NCBI GenBank assembly: GCA_964500135.1
Contig: CAZCNF010000010.1
Location: 8,435-72,434, forward strand
Length of the DNA stretch: 64,000 bases
Direction of reading: 5' to 3'
Source: an uncultured Porphyrobacter sp.
GTDB taxonomy: Bacteria > Pseudomonadota > Alphaproteobacteria > Sphingomonadales > Sphingomonadaceae
A program made the position numbers and the translations under genes. Below the pieces are notes generated by a model that was given only the letters and a program-made list of their open reading frames with translations, was not told the origin of the DNA and did not search any database. Shown here in pieces: positions 19,028 through 28,970 of the stretch (within the stretch, counting starts at the first letter, position 1; every line of letters starts with the position of its first letter).

Positions 19028-20047
19028 TCAGCGGCGCGCCAGCGCGTCCTCGCATTCGGACATCAGCGTGGCGATGATCTGCGCGACGGGCTCTTCCGCC
19101 TTGACCATGCCGACCGACTGGCCAGCCATCAGGCTGCCGCTCTCGACATCGCCTTCGATCACGGCGCGGCGCAGCGCGCCGGCCCAGAAATGCTCGATCT
19201 GGAGCTGCGCCTCTTCCATGCCCACTTCACCGCGGTCGAGCATCCCCGCCACTTCGATCTGTTTGGCGGTGAATTCCTCGGTGCCTTTGTTCTTGAGCGC
19301 GCGGACCGGGATCACCGGCAAGCGCGGATCGACCTGGACACTGGCCACCGCATCGCGCGCCGAAGCGCGGAAGAAGGCCCTTTTGAAATCGGGATGGGCA
19401 ATGCTTTCGGTGGCGCAGGCAAACCGCGTTCCCAATTGCACGCCGGCGGCACCCATTTCGAGGTAACCGGCGATCGCTTCGCCCCGACCGATCCCGCCCG
19501 CCACGAAGATCAGATGATCTTGCGCCAGTTCGGGCAGCATTTCCTGCGCCAGCACGCTGGTCGACACCGGGCCGATGTGGCCGCCCGCTTCCATTCCTTC
19601 GATCACTAGCGCATCCGCGCCGGAGCGCAGCAGCTTCTTAGCCAGCGCCAGTGTGGGGGCAAAACAGATCACCTTGGCATCGTGCCCGCTTTCGCCCTTG
19701 ATCGCTTCAACGCTGCCCTTGGGCGGAATGCCGCCCGCCAGCACGACGTGGCTCACCCCGTGGCTGCGGCACACCTCGATCAGCTCGAACAGTTGCGGGT
19801 GCATGGTGATGAGGTTGACGCCGAATGGCTTGGACGTCAGCGCCTTGGTCGCCGCGATCTCCGCGTCGAGCAGCGCCGGGGTCATCGCCCCGCAGGCGAT
19901 CACGCCAAAGCCGCCGGCATTGCTGATCGCCGACACGAGATTGCGCTCGGAAACCCAGCTCATTGCGCCGCACAGGATCGCCGTTTCGCAACCGAGGAAC
20001 TCGGTGCCACGCCGCATCAATGCCCTGGTCCTGGGATAGTCGCTCAT
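19028..20047 (-). CDS. Nitronate monooxygenase/FabK-like flavin oxidoreductase
   Basis: [33 protein letters not shown]. Confidence 0.88.
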   Translation of the reverse strand: MSDYPRTRALMRRGTEFLGCETAILCGAMSWVSERNLVSAISNAGGFGVIACGAMTPALLDAEIAATKALTSKPFGVNLITMHPQLFELIEVCRSHGVSHVVLAGGIPPKGSVEAIKGESGHDAKVICFAPTLALAKKLLRSGADALVIEGMEAGGHIGPVSTSVLAQEMLPELAQDHLIFVAGGIGRGEAIAGYLEMGAAGVQLGTRFACATESIAHPDFKRAFFRASARDAVASVQVDPRLPVIPVRALKNKGTEEFTAKQIEVAGMLDRGEVGMEEAQLQIEHFWAGALRRAVIEGDVESGSLMAGQSVGMVKAEEPVAQIIATLMSECEDALARR

Positions 20048-20092
20048 CTGGCCCCCTTGTTGACCCCAATCTGACCGCCGCGCTTAGGGCGC

Positions 20093-21274
20093 TCAGTCAC
20101 GATAGGCAATGCGCAGCTTACCTGCGGCCTCGGCGGCAACCCGCCGCGCGATATCGGTGTCGCTGGCCTCAGCAAGTGCCACGCCCATCCTGCGATAGGG
20201 CCGCGTGGTTGGCTTGCCGAACAACCGCAGGTCAACAGTGCCCCCCGCTGTTGCCAGCGCATCGGCCAGGCCATGGAACTCGAAATCGGCGCTGTCGCGC
20301 TCAGCCAGCACCACGGCAGACGCGGCCGGGCGCGCGTCAATCGCATCGGGCACCGGCAGGCCCAGGATCGCCCGGGCATGCAGGTCGAACTCGGTCAGGT
20401 CCTGCGAGATCAGCGTGACCATGCCGGTGTCATGCGGGCGCGGGCTCAGTTCGGAAAAGATCACCTCGTCGCCTTTGACAAAGAATTCCACCCCGAACAG
20501 GCCCCAGCCGCGCCCGCCTCCTTCGAGCGCCAGCACCACCTTGCGTGCCATGTCCTGTGCCTGGGCGATTGCCGCCGCGCTCATCGGCGTGGGCTGCCAG
20601 CTTTCCTGGTAGTCGCCACGTTCCTGGCGGTGCCCGATCGGCGGGCAGAAGGTGATGCCGCCTGCATGGCGGACCGTCAGGAGGGTGATTTCGTAATCGA
20701 AGGCAATGAACTGCTCGACAATCACGCGGTCGCGGTCGCCGCGCATATTGGCCACGGCATAGTTCCACGCCGCTTCCAGCCCCTCGGCATCATCGACCTT
20801 GCTCTGGCCCTTGCCCGAGGAAGACATCACCGGCTTGATCACGCAGGGAAAGCCGGTGAATTCGGCAGCCGCCCGAACTTCGGCCAGGTTCTCCGCGTAG
20901 CGATAGCGCGAGGTCGCCAGGCCCAGCTCCTCCGCTGCGAGATCGCGGATCCGGTCACGATTCATGGTCAGCTGGGTCGCGCGAGCGGACGGGACTACGT
21001 TGAAGCCTTCGGCTTCGAGCTCGCCCAGCACCTCGGTGCGGATCGCCTCGATCTCGGGCACGATCAGATCGGGTCGATGCCGTTCGACCGCTGCCCGCAG
21101 CGCTGCCCCATCAAGCATCGGGAAGACCTCGCAGGCATCAGCCACCTGCATCGCGGGGGCATCGGCATAGGCGTCACAAGCGACCACATAGGCGCCCAGC
21201 CGCTTGGCCGAAATTGTGAATTCGCGGCCCAGTTCGCCCGAGCCAAGCAGCAGGATCTTTGCAATGAACGGCAT
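20093..21274 (-). CDS. purT: Formate-dependent phosphoribosylglycinamide formyltransferase
   Basis: [38 protein letters not shown]. Confidence 0.96.
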   Translation of the reverse strand: MPFIAKILLLGSGELGREFTISAKRLGAYVVACDAYADAPAMQVADACEVFPMLDGAALRAAVERHRPDLIVPEIEAIRTEVLGELEAEGFNVVPSARATQLTMNRDRIRDLAAEELGLATSRYRYAENLAEVRAAAEFTGFPCVIKPVMSSSGKGQSKVDDAEGLEAAWNYAVANMRGDRDRVIVEQFIAFDYEITLLTVRHAGGITFCPPIGHRQERGDYQESWQPTPMSAAAIAQAQDMARKVVLALEGGGRGWGLFGVEFFVKGDEVIFSELSPRPHDTGMVTLISQDLTEFDLHARAILGLPVPDAIDARPAASAVVLAERDSADFEFHGLADALATAGGTVDLRLFGKPTTRPYRRMGVALAEASDTDIARRVAAEAAGKLRIAYRD

Positions 21275-21333
21275 TGCGCCGCCTTAGCGGGAGAATAGGC
21301 CCACTCCAAGCGCGCGCTGCGCGGATGGATCGG

Positions 21334-22251
21334 TCAAGTGCCGGTGCGCGGGGCCTGCCAGGTGGGCAGGTGATCTCGCATCTCGGCGCGCCTTCCGCCC
21401 AGCGCACGGGCCACCACCAGCGCGCGCTCGGCATGGATCATGACCGTGTCGAGCGAACCGGCGATGGTGGCGAGCCCGGCCGAAGCACTGAGGCGTGCCT
21501 CGGCACGTTGGGCATCGCTCGACAACGCAGCGAAGGTCGCCAGGATCTCGCGCGTGATTTCCATCGCTGCCGGGCCGTCGCAATCGGGCATGAGTACCGC
21601 AAAGCGGTCGCCGTCATGCCGTGCCAGGATGAACTCGGGGGGCAGGATATTGGCGAGAAAGCGACCGAAGGCCCACAACATGTCCTGTGCCATGCCGTGC
21701 CCGAACCGCAGCTTGAGCGCCGCAAATCGGTCGATCTCGAAAATTGCGACGGCGCCTTGCGCGGACGCGCCCATGAGATGCGCCAGCATAGCCTGGAACG
21801 CGCGGCCATTGGCCAGCCCGGTTACCGCATCGGTCGTGGTGGCAACCGCCAGTTCCTCTTCAAGCAGCCGACGCCCTTCAAGCGAGCGCAACAGGCCCAG
21901 CGCCCCCGATGCGCGGCCGTGTTCGTCAGGCGCGGGGCGCAGGCAGAGCGAGTACCACGCCGGTTCCGAACCGCCCTTGCCGATCGGAAACTCGAGCCGA
22001 TTGAGCAGAGGCCGCCCGTGCAGTGACTCGGCGTAGTAGGCGCGCACCGCCGCTGCGTGGCTGGACTCGGCAAGATCGGCGATATGCGGTTTGAACAGCA
22101 TGTCGGAAAGGTGCAGGCCCAAGGCCTCGATCCCCTTCGAGGCCTCCTCTATGAAGCCTTCGGTGTCGGTCTTGATCACGATGCTGTCAGCCGCGTCGAC
22201 CAACATCTCGTGAAGGATCTCTCCGTATCTCGCGGAGAACGCATTCATCAT
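21334..22251 (-). CDS. PAS + degenerate GGDEF domain protein
   Basis: TDAVTGLANGRAF, EIDRF, active site RHDGDRF in place of GGDEF, SASAG. Confidence 0.8.
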   Translation of the reverse strand: MMNAFSARYGEILHEMLVDAADSIVIKTDTEGFIEEASKGIEALGLHLSDMLFKPHIADLAESSHAAAVRAYYAESLHGRPLLNRLEFPIGKGGSEPAWYSLCLRPAPDEHGRASGALGLLRSLEGRRLLEEELAVATTTDAVTGLANGRAFQAMLAHLMGASAQGAVAIFEIDRFAALKLRFGHGMAQDMLWAFGRFLANILPPEFILARHDGDRFAVLMPDCDGPAAMEITREILATFAALSSDAQRAEARLSASAGLATIAGSLDTVMIHAERALVVARALGGRRAEMRDHLPTWQAPRTGT

Positions 22252-22343
22252 GGCCGATTGCCCCCGGCTGTTCACCTACCCCTTGATCCGCCTTCCCCTG
22301 GTTAGCCATCAGCCCCTAACCAAAATACCCAGAAATCATGAAT

Positions 22344-22359
22344 AACAGTATTTACTGTT
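22344..22359. promoter_or_regulatory. Palindromic operator candidate AACAGTA-TT-TACTGTT
   Basis: Perfect 7-bp inverted repeat in the AT-rich spacer between the PilZ-HTH and GGDEF genes. Confidence 0.45.
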
Positions 22360-22494
22360 CATTTATTACTGAGTCATGTTAAATGGGTTAGTTAACCTTG
22401 CTAAAAAACGAATCAAACTCGTTTTTATTTACCATATTATTGTGGTTTTCAGTCATTTCTATTGGGGGCAATGCGTAGGAAATTATACTGCGCG

Positions 22495-23163
22495 TCACAG
22501 TTCAATGAGGATGCGGATCTGCTTCGGCTCGATCCCCAGCGCTTCGGCGATCCGTTCGCGGCTCGAATCGAGCAATTCGGACAGGCCGGCGGGTTGCTGC
22601 AGTTCCTGCAGCTCTTCCGGCGCGAGGCCCAACGCCTCGGCTATCGCCGGAAAGCGTTCGTCAACCGGCCGTGCCTTGCCCTTCTCCCAGGCCCATACGG
22701 TCGGCTTGCTCACCCCCAGTTGCTCGGCGACCTGCGCCAGAGTGAGGCCCCGCGTCTTGCGTGCCTGCTCGAGCCTGCGCCCCAGTGCCATGCCGCGAGC
22801 AAACGCCGGGTCGGGCATGCCGACGGTGGGCGGCAGCGGGGCTTCGGCTTTCAGTTGGGCTGCACTGAGCGCCGCGGCGCCGATCGGGCCGAGAAAGCGG
22901 CAGCCGAACAGCCGCCCGCTGCTCCACACCACTTCAGCGTCAACCGCGCCTTCATGCGGCAGGTCCACCGCCAAGGTGGCGCCGGTTTCGAGCGGCAGCA
23001 CGGTTTCGATCAGCAGGCCGCTGGCGGAGATGTTATGAACCGACACATTGGCTTGCTCGCCCGTGGCCAGCCCGCCGCTGGTCTCGAGATAGAGCATCCG
23101 GCGCGCATGGCGCCGGTCGTCGGGGGTGGCCGCCGCCTGGTCGAGATGTCCCTTGATCGGAAT
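22495..23163 (-). CDS. PilZ domain-XRE HTH fusion regulator (probable ATT start)
   Basis: RRHARR (RxxxR), NISASG, WSSGRLFGCRF, then RGLTLAQVAEQLGVSKPTVWAWEKG. GAGGAG RBS 8 nt before ATT 23163; first ATG is 23097. Confidence 0.8.
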   Translation of the reverse strand: MPIKGHLDQAAATPDDRRHARRMLYLETSGGLATGEQANVSVHNISASGLLIETVLPLETGATLAVDLPHEGAVDAEVVWSSGRLFGCRFLGPIGAAALSAAQLKAEAPLPPTVGMPDPAFARGMALGRRLEQARKTRGLTLAQVAEQLGVSKPTVWAWEKGKARPVDERFPAIAEALGLAPEELQELQQPAGLSELLDSSRERIAEALGIEPKQIRILIEL

Positions 23164-23205
23164 GATGTGTGCTCCTCGCTACCGGCCGACGGTGCGAGGA
23201 GCGGG

Positions 23206-23221
23206 TTAAGTTTTCGTTAGC
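23206..23221 (-). promoter_or_regulatory. CtrA-box-like site
   Basis: CTAA-N7-TTAAC on the minus strand, one mismatch to TTAA-N7-TTAAC. Confidence 0.5.
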
Positions 23222-23271
23222 ACACGGGGTGAAACGCGCCGCGGGCGCGGCAGCCTGCGGCGATCGTACGG

Positions 23272-24552
23272 TCAGGCCGCCTCGTCCTTGGCGTCGAGCC
23301 CATAGGCGGTGTGCAGCACGCGCACGGCCAGTTCGGTCTCGTCCTCGTCGATCATGACAGAGACCTTGATTTCCGAAGTGGAAATGGCCTGGATATTGAT
23401 CCCGCGATCACTCAGCGCGCGGAACATGGTGCTGGCCACGCCGGCATGGCTTTTCATGCCCACACCCACCACGCTGATCTTGGCGATCTTGCTGTCAGTG
23501 ATGATGCGGTTATAGCCGATCACCTCGCGCTTGTCCTCAAGCAGCGCCTGCGCGCGCGCTAGGTCCGCCTGAGGGACTGTGAAGGTCACGTCAGTCTCGC
23601 CTTTGTCGCGCCCCACGTTCTGGATGATCATGTCGACATTGATCGCGGCCTTGGCCAGCGGCTCGAAGATGTTGGCCACGGCACCCGGCCGGTCGGGCAC
23701 GCGGGTGAGGATCACCTTGGCCTCGTTCTTGTCATGCGCGATCCCGGTCACGAGCTGGCGTTCCATGTCGCCTTCCTCCACTAGTCTGTCCATTTCCTCG
23801 TCCGACACGATCATCGTGCCGGGCAATTGGTCGGCGGGCACGGCGTCGTCGCCAAGGAAGCTCGACAGCACTTGCACCCGAACGCCTTCCTTCATCGCCA
23901 GCCCGACCGAGCGGGTCTGCAGCACCTTCGCCCCGACCGATGCCAGTTCAAGCATTTCCTCGTAGGTTACGGCCTTCAGCTTCCTCGCCTTGGCCACGAT
24001 GCGCGGATCGGTGGTGTAGACCCCGTCAACATCGGTGTAGATCTCGGTGGTCGCCGTATCATTAAAAAACGCCACGGCCACCGCTGAGGTATCCGAACCG
24101 CCGCGGCCCAAAGTGGTCACCCGACCATCCGCGCCAAGGCCCTGGAAACCCGGGATCACGGCGATCTCGCCGGCCTTCATCGAGGCAATGAGCGCGTCGG
24201 AATCAATCGATTCGATGCGCGCCTTGGCATGCGCTTCGATCGTGCGGACCGGGAGCTGCCAGCCCAGCCAGCTGCGTGCCTTGCAGCCCAAAGACTGCAG
24301 CGTCAGCGCCAGCAGCCCGCTCGTCACCTGCTCGCCGCTCGACACCACCACGTCATATTCGGCTGGATCGTAGAGCGCGTTGGCCTCGCGGCAGAAGTTC
24401 ACCAGCCGGTCGGTCTCGCCCGCCATGGCCGACACGACTACCGCCACTTCATGCCCGGCAGCCTGCTGCTTGCGCACGATATTCGCCACGCGACGAATGC
24501 GCTCGGACCCAGCCATCGAGGTGCCGCCGAATTTCATCACGATACGTGCCAA
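23272..24552 (-). CDS. lysC: Aspartate kinase (contains adapter artifact at 24035-24069)
   Basis: TTG start, VMKFGGTS, VVSAM, TTLGRGGSDTSA, IYTDVDGVYTTDPR, two ACT domains. Confidence 0.95.
   Translation of the reverse strand: MARIVMKFGGTSMAGSERIRRVANIVRKQQAAGHEVAVVVSAMAGETDRLVNFCREANALYDPAEYDVVVSSGEQVTSGLLALTLQSLGCKARSWLGWQLPVRTIEAHAKARIESIDSDALIASMKAGEIAVIPGFQGLGADGRVTTLGRGGSDTSAVAVAFFNDTATTEIYTDVDGVYTTDPRIVAKARKLKAVTYEEMLELASVGAKVLQTRSVGLAMKEGVRVQVLSSFLGDDAVPADQLPGTMIVSDEEMDRLVEEGDMERQLVTGIAHDKNEAKVILTRVPDRPGAVANIFEPLAKAAINVDMIIQNVGRDKGETDVTFTVPQADLARAQALLEDKREVIGYNRIITDSKIAKISVVGVGMKSHAGVASTMFRALSDRGINIQAISTSEIKVSVMIDEDETELAVRVLHTAYGLDAKDEAA
24035..24069 (-). other. Illumina P5 adapter plus A-tail assembled into lysC
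   Basis: GTGTAGATCTCGGTGGTCGCCGTATCATT+AAAAAA is the reverse complement of AATGATACGGCGACCACCGAGATCTACAC. Confidence 0.97.
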
Positions 24553-24605
24553 GGCCGTTGTGCTCCAAGCTGGTCCGAATCCCCGCGCGCTGTTAGGGAT
24601 GCCGC

Positions 24606-25346
24606 ATGGCAAAGGCAAATGTCACAAATGTAACTATCCGCCCAGAGGAAGCGGCGCATTTTTCTGCGCTGGCGCGCGAATGGTGGAACGCCAAAGGGCC
24701 GATGGCCTCGCTCCACCAAGTCAATCCCGTGCGACTTTCCTTCCTGCGCGACGCGGTTGATCGGCACTGGGGGGGGCAAGCTCGTGCCGCGCGCCCGCTC
24801 GCCGGAAAGAGCGCGCTTGACGTGGGCTGCGGCGCGGGCCTGGTATGCGAACCGCTGGCGCGCTGGGGCGCGGCCACCACCGGAGTCGATGCCTCGGCCG
24901 AGAATGTCGGGGTTGCCAGTGCTCATGCCGAAGGCATGGGGCTCGCTATCCGCTATCTGGCGGGCGAGTTGGCTCGGCTCGATCTGGGCGCTTTCGACCT
25001 CGTCACCGCGTTCGAAGTGATCGAGCATGTCGCGGACAAGCGCGCCTTCGTGCAGGCTCTCGCGGACAGGCTCAAGCCCGGCGGGCTGCTGGTCATGTCC
25101 ACACCCAACCGCACAATGGCGAGCCGGCTGTTGCTGGTCGAGGCGGCCGAGCGGGTGGGCTATGTCCCGCGTGGAACACATCGCTGGGAAGACTTCGTCA
25201 CGCCTGAGGAACTGGCGGATCTGCTCGCCGGAGCGGGGCTCGAGTTGGGCCCTGCCCGCGGGATCGCGTGGCGCCCGGGGAGAGGGCTATCTCTGTCTGA
25301 CAGCGACCTGTCGCTGAACTATATCTTCACGGCGACGCGCGGCTGA
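24606..25346 (+). CDS. ubiG: Ubiquinone biosynthesis O-methyltransferase
   Basis: WWNAKGPMASLHQVNPVR, LDVGCGAG, EVIEHV, STPNRT. Confidence 0.93.
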   Translation: MAKANVTNVTIRPEEAAHFSALAREWWNAKGPMASLHQVNPVRLSFLRDAVDRHWGGQARAARPLAGKSALDVGCGAGLVCEPLARWGAATTGVDASAENVGVASAHAEGMGLAIRYLAGELARLDLGAFDLVTAFEVIEHVADKRAFVQALADRLKPGGLLVMSTPNRTMASRLLLVEAAERVGYVPRGTHRWEDFVTPEELADLLAGAGLELGPARGIAWRPGRGLSLSDSDLSLNYIFTATRG

Positions 25347-26358
25347 TCGGCCCGAACAGGGCAGGTGCATCAGTGAAGATCCCGTTGACCCCTGCGCGCA
25401 TCAGCATGTCCCTGAGCGTGGCAGCATTGCCATGAGCCGCCTCGCCTCCAGTCCCACGCAGGGCGGGAGGCAAGAACGCATTTTCCGGCCGCAGGGTCCA
25501 GGCATGAACCAGGAGCCCGGCGGCCCGCGCATCGCTGACCAGCGCGCTCGGCGCACCATCGGTCCCGATTACCAGGCCGATATGCGCGCCGATCCCGTCG
25601 GCATATTGCGCGATCTCGGCGAGACCCGAAGGCGCGACCATGTCGATATAGCGCATGGCCGGCTCGTCCGCAGGGCCGTCATCGGGTTTGACAAGCTGCA
25701 CCAGTTTGAAATCGCTGCGCTGGGCAAGCCGCCGGAGCACGCCCACTTCGAAGCTCTGGACATACACAGGGTCAGCCGCTTCGATGCCGAGCCGCTCAAG
25801 CTCGCTCAGCAGCAGATCGACCATGTCGATGCCCGCTTCCTGCAACAGGAAACTGGGATGCTTGAGTTCGGGGTAGAGCCCGATCCTTCGCCCGGTCTGC
25901 GCTTCCTTGGCACGGACCAGCCGCACGATCTCTTCCAGCGTCGGCACCTGGTATAGCCCGTCGAAGCGCGCATTCGCCGGGCGGATCGCGGGCAGGCGCT
26001 CTTTTGCACGCAAGGTACGCAATTCCGCCAGCGTGAAATCCTCCGCGAACCAGCCCGCCACACGCTGGCCGTCGATGATCTTGTCACGGCGGCGATCCTC
26101 GAATTCCTGGCGGCTGGCGACATCGGTGGTGTCTGACAGCTCGTTTTCGTGCCGCGCGACCAGTACGAGGTCCTTCGTCGCGACTAGGTCAGGCTCGATG
26201 TAATCGGCGCCCTGGTCGATAGCCAGTTCGTAGGCTGCCAGCGTGTGCTCGGGCCGGTCCGCGCTGGCGCCGCGATGCGCGATCACGACAAATTCACCCT
26301 CACCCGCAAAGGCCGTTGCCGGATTGACAAGCCCCGCAGCCAACAGGGTTAGCAGCAT
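25327..26358 (-). CDS. Glycerophosphodiester phosphodiesterase (exported)
   Basis: IAHRGAS..RPEHT, IEPDLVATKD, YPELK, QSFE, IFTD; start placed at ATG 26358. Confidence 0.9.
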   Translation of the reverse strand: MLLTLLAAGLVNPATAFAGEGEFVVIAHRGASADRPEHTLAAYELAIDQGADYIEPDLVATKDLVLVARHENELSDTTDVASRQEFEDRRRDKIIDGQRVAGWFAEDFTLAELRTLRAKERLPAIRPANARFDGLYQVPTLEEIVRLVRAKEAQTGRRIGLYPELKHPSFLLQEAGIDMVDLLLSELERLGIEAADPVYVQSFEVGVLRRLAQRSDFKLVQLVKPDDGPADEPAMRYIDMVAPSGLAEIAQYADGIGAHIGLVIGTDGAPSALVSDARAAGLLVHAWTLRPENAFLPPALRGTGGEAAHGNAATLRDMLMRAGVNGIFTDAPALFGPISRASP

Positions 26359-26372
26359 GGTCAGGCCGGCCT

Positions 26373-26387
26373 TTAACCTCGCATTAG
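26373..26387 (+). promoter_or_regulatory. CtrA-box-like site
   Basis: TTAA-CCTCGCA-TTAG, 26 nt before the small ORF at 26414. Confidence 0.45.
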
Positions 26388-26413
26388 CTTTGAGAGTTCT
26401 ATTTTTGGCTGTC

Positions 26414-26587
26414 ATGTTCAAGAAATTGCTCCTTGCGACCCTGATCGTGATCATCGGCATGTGGGCCGCAGGTTACGATGTTGCGGCAATGAAAGACAAA
26501 TACTGGAGCGCTGCCAACAAGCAGGCCGGCCAGATGACCGGTCGCGCCATGATGGAAGACAGCGACTGGGGCGATGACGCGCTCTAA
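26414..26587 (+). CDS. Small exported/membrane protein (57 aa)
   Basis: MFKKLLLATLIVIIGMWAAG signal-like N-terminus; fills the intergenic gap. Confidence 0.6.
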   Translation: MFKKLLLATLIVIIGMWAAGYDVAAMKDKYWSAANKQAGQMTGRAMMEDSDWGDDAL

Positions 26588-26940
26588 GCCGCGCCTGTCA
26601 GCACCTTGGCCCACTCGCTCTCGGTAAAGCCGACGAGCAGCCCACCGGGGTGTTCGGCCACCGGGCGCTTGATCAGCGAAGGTTGCCGTGCCATCACCGC
26701 CACCGCGCCACCTGCCTCGATCTCTGACCGGTCCGCATCGCACAGCCTGCGGTAGGTGATGCCGCGACGGTTGAGCACGGCATCGAGCCCTGCAGCTGCA
26801 ATCCAGCCTTCGAGCCGCGCCGGATCGGCCCCTTCCTTCTTGTAATCGTGAAAGGCGTGATCCACGCCCTGCGCCTCAAGCCAGGCGCGCGCCTTCTTCA
26901 CGGTATCGCAATTGGGAATGCCATAGAGGTGGATTGTCAT
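26584..26940 (-). CDS. ArsC/Spx (YffB-like) family protein
   Basis: LYGIPNCDTVKKAR, PSLIKRPV. Confidence 0.9.
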   Translation of the reverse strand: MTIHLYGIPNCDTVKKARAWLEAQGVDHAFHDYKKEGADPARLEGWIAAAGLDAVLNRRGITYRRLCDADRSEIEAGGAVAVMARQPSLIKRPVAEHPGGLLVGFTESEWAKVLTGAA

Positions 26941-27422
26941 GGTTTCTCCCGCTGTGCGCCTGCCAGATGCGCGTCGGCAATGGCTACCGCCAGGGCATCG
27001 GCGGCATCGGCTCCGGCAATGGCAACGCCGGGCAGCAGCACCTTCAGCATGGCCTGGACCTGTAGTTTGTCCGCCGCGCCGATGCCCACAACCGATTTCT
27101 TCACCAACCGAGCGGCATGTTCGTTGACAGTAAGCCCGCCCGCCGCACAGGCGGCCAGCACCGCGCCGCGCGCCTGTGCCAGTTTCAATGTCGATTGCGG
27201 GTTCTTGTTAAGGAAGACTTCCTCGGCTGCCGCACGGTCAGGCGCATGCGCCGCAATCACCGCGCGGATCGCATCATGGAGATGATGCAACCGCTGCGCC
27301 ATCGGCGCACCTGCATCGGTACGCACCTCGCCATGCGCAACATGGGCAATGCGTGATCCCTCGGCCCGCACCAGTCCCCAGCCGGTGCAGCTGAGCGAGG
27401 GATCGAGGCCAAGGATCAACAT
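26937..27422 (-). CDS. ruvC: Holliday junction resolvase
   Basis: LGLDPSL..TGWG, EEVF, KLAQARG, DAADALAVA. Confidence 0.95.
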   Translation of the reverse strand: MLILGLDPSLSCTGWGLVRAEGSRIAHVAHGEVRTDAGAPMAQRLHHLHDAIRAVIAAHAPDRAAAEEVFLNKNPQSTLKLAQARGAVLAACAAGGLTVNEHAARLVKKSVVGIGAADKLQVQAMLKVLLPGVAIAGADAADALAVAIADAHLAGAQREKP

Positions 27423-27432
27423 GACTGCGCGA

Positions 27433-28176
27433 TCAGCCGATCTTCTCCATGATCTCGTCGCTTATCTCGTAATTGCCCCACACGGTCTGGACGTCGTCAT
27501 CGTCGTCCAGTGCGTCGACCAGCTTGAGCAGTGTGGCCGCGCCCGCCTCGTCCATCGCCACAGTGATGTTGGGCTTCCACGCCAGTTTGACGTTATCGGC
27601 CGCGCCCAGCGTTGCCTCGATCGCACTGGCAACCGCGTGCAGATCGTCGGCCGCAGTCCAGATTGTGTGCCCGCCTTCCGAGCTTTCGACATCGTCAGCG
27701 CCTGCTTCGATCGCGGCTTCGAGCACCTTTTCCTCATCGCCCGCGCTCGCGGGATACTCGATCAGGCCCTTGCGCTCGAACCCGTGCTGGACCGAGCCTT
27801 CGCTGCCCAGGTTTCCGCCGTTCTTGCTGAAAGCGGTACGGACATTGGTGGCAGTGCGGTTGCGGTTGTCGGTCAGAGCCTCGACAATCAGCGCGACGCC
27901 GCCTGGGCCATAGCCCTCGTACCGCACCTCCTCGTAATCCTCGCCACCGGCCATGCTGGCCTTGTCAATCGCGCGCTGGATATTGTCCTTTGGCATCGAT
28001 TGCGCCTTGGCCGCATTGACCGCCAGCCGCAGGCGCGGGTTCATGTCCGGATCGGGCATGCCCATCTTGGCCGCGACAGTGATTTCGCGGGAGAGTTTGG
28101 AGAACATGGCCGAGCGCTTCTTGTCCTGCGCGCCCTTGCGATGCATGATATTCTTGAATTTGGAATGGCCTGCCAT
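27433..28176 (-). CDS. yebC: YebC/PmpR family protein
   Basis: [25 protein letters not shown]. Confidence 0.96.
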   Translation of the reverse strand: MAGHSKFKNIMHRKGAQDKKRSAMFSKLSREITVAAKMGMPDPDMNPRLRLAVNAAKAQSMPKDNIQRAIDKASMAGGEDYEEVRYEGYGPGGVALIVEALTDNRNRTATNVRTAFSKNGGNLGSEGSVQHGFERKGLIEYPASAGDEEKVLEAAIEAGADDVESSEGGHTIWTAADDLHAVASAIEATLGAADNVKLAWKPNITVAMDEAGAATLLKLVDALDDDDDVQTVWGNYEISDEIMEKIG

Positions 28177-28229
28177 GGGTTTTCGCTTCGGAATTCTGGA
28201 TGGTGGGAATCGGGGGTCGCATTAGCCGC

Positions 28230-28970
28230 ATGACGCGTAGAACCACAAGCCTTCCTGCGCCGGTGGATGCGCGTGCGGAATGGAGCAGCTATTTCGCTTT
28301 CGTTAAGCGTCCCGCCCTGCCCGAGCGGGCGGCTGCGCCGGGCGTGCCCAGTCTGATGGCGCTGCAACGCATGCTGGGGCTCGACCTGATTTTCATGATG
28401 GTCCTGATTTCGCTGGCGGGTCTCGCCGTCGCGGCCGGAGTCGACCTGCCCGAAACCGCGCTGGCCGGGCTAGAGATCGATCTCCAGTTGGCCTTGACTG
28501 TGGCGCTGATCGCCCCGCTGGCTGAGGAGATCCTGTTCCGCGGTTGGTTGTCGGGCCGCCCCGGCCATGTTCTGGCCATGCTTGTCATGGCCATTGGTGG
28601 TTTGGCCGTGGCAATGGCAATGGCCAACCGGGACGAAGGCGTTTATTTTGCTGCCGCAGCAACCACGGCAATCCTCGCGGTGGCGGCGATTGTGCTGCTC
28701 AGGAAGCGGCCGACCATGGGATGGTTCCGGTCGATCTTCCCCCTGCTGTTCTGGCTCAGCACGGCGGCCTTCGCGTCGATCCATCTGCTCAATTACCAGG
28801 AGGGCAGCCTCGGCGTCCTGCTGCCACTGGTGCTGCCGCAATTCCTGCTGGGCACGATCCTCGCCTATATGCGGGTCAATTACGGGCTGTGGAGCTGCGT
28901 GCTGCTGCATGCGCTGCACAACGGTTTGATCCTCGGGGCGGTGGTGTTGGCGGAGAGCGTCTTTGCCTAA
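28230..28970 (+). CDS. CPBP (CAAX/Abi) intramembrane metalloprotease
   Basis: EEILFRG, FASIH, LHALHN. Confidence 0.88.
   Translation: MTRRTTSLPAPVDARAEWSSYFAFVKRPALPERAAAPGVPSLMALQRMLGLDLIFMMVLISLAGLAVAAGVDLPETALAGLEIDLQLALTVALIAPLAEEILFRGWLSGRPGHVLAMLVMAIGGLAVAMAMANRDEGVYFAAAATTAILAVAAIVLLRKRPTMGWFRSIFPLLFWLSTAAFASIHLLNYQEGSLGVLLPLVLPQFLLGTILAYMRVNYGLWSCVLLHALHNGLILGAVVLAESVFA

Noticed and set aside
22379..22395. CtrA box
   Set aside because: The TTAA half-sites are 9 nt apart, not 7.
24035..24069. Novel substitution block in aspartate kinase
   Set aside because: Exact Illumina adapter sequence; artifact.
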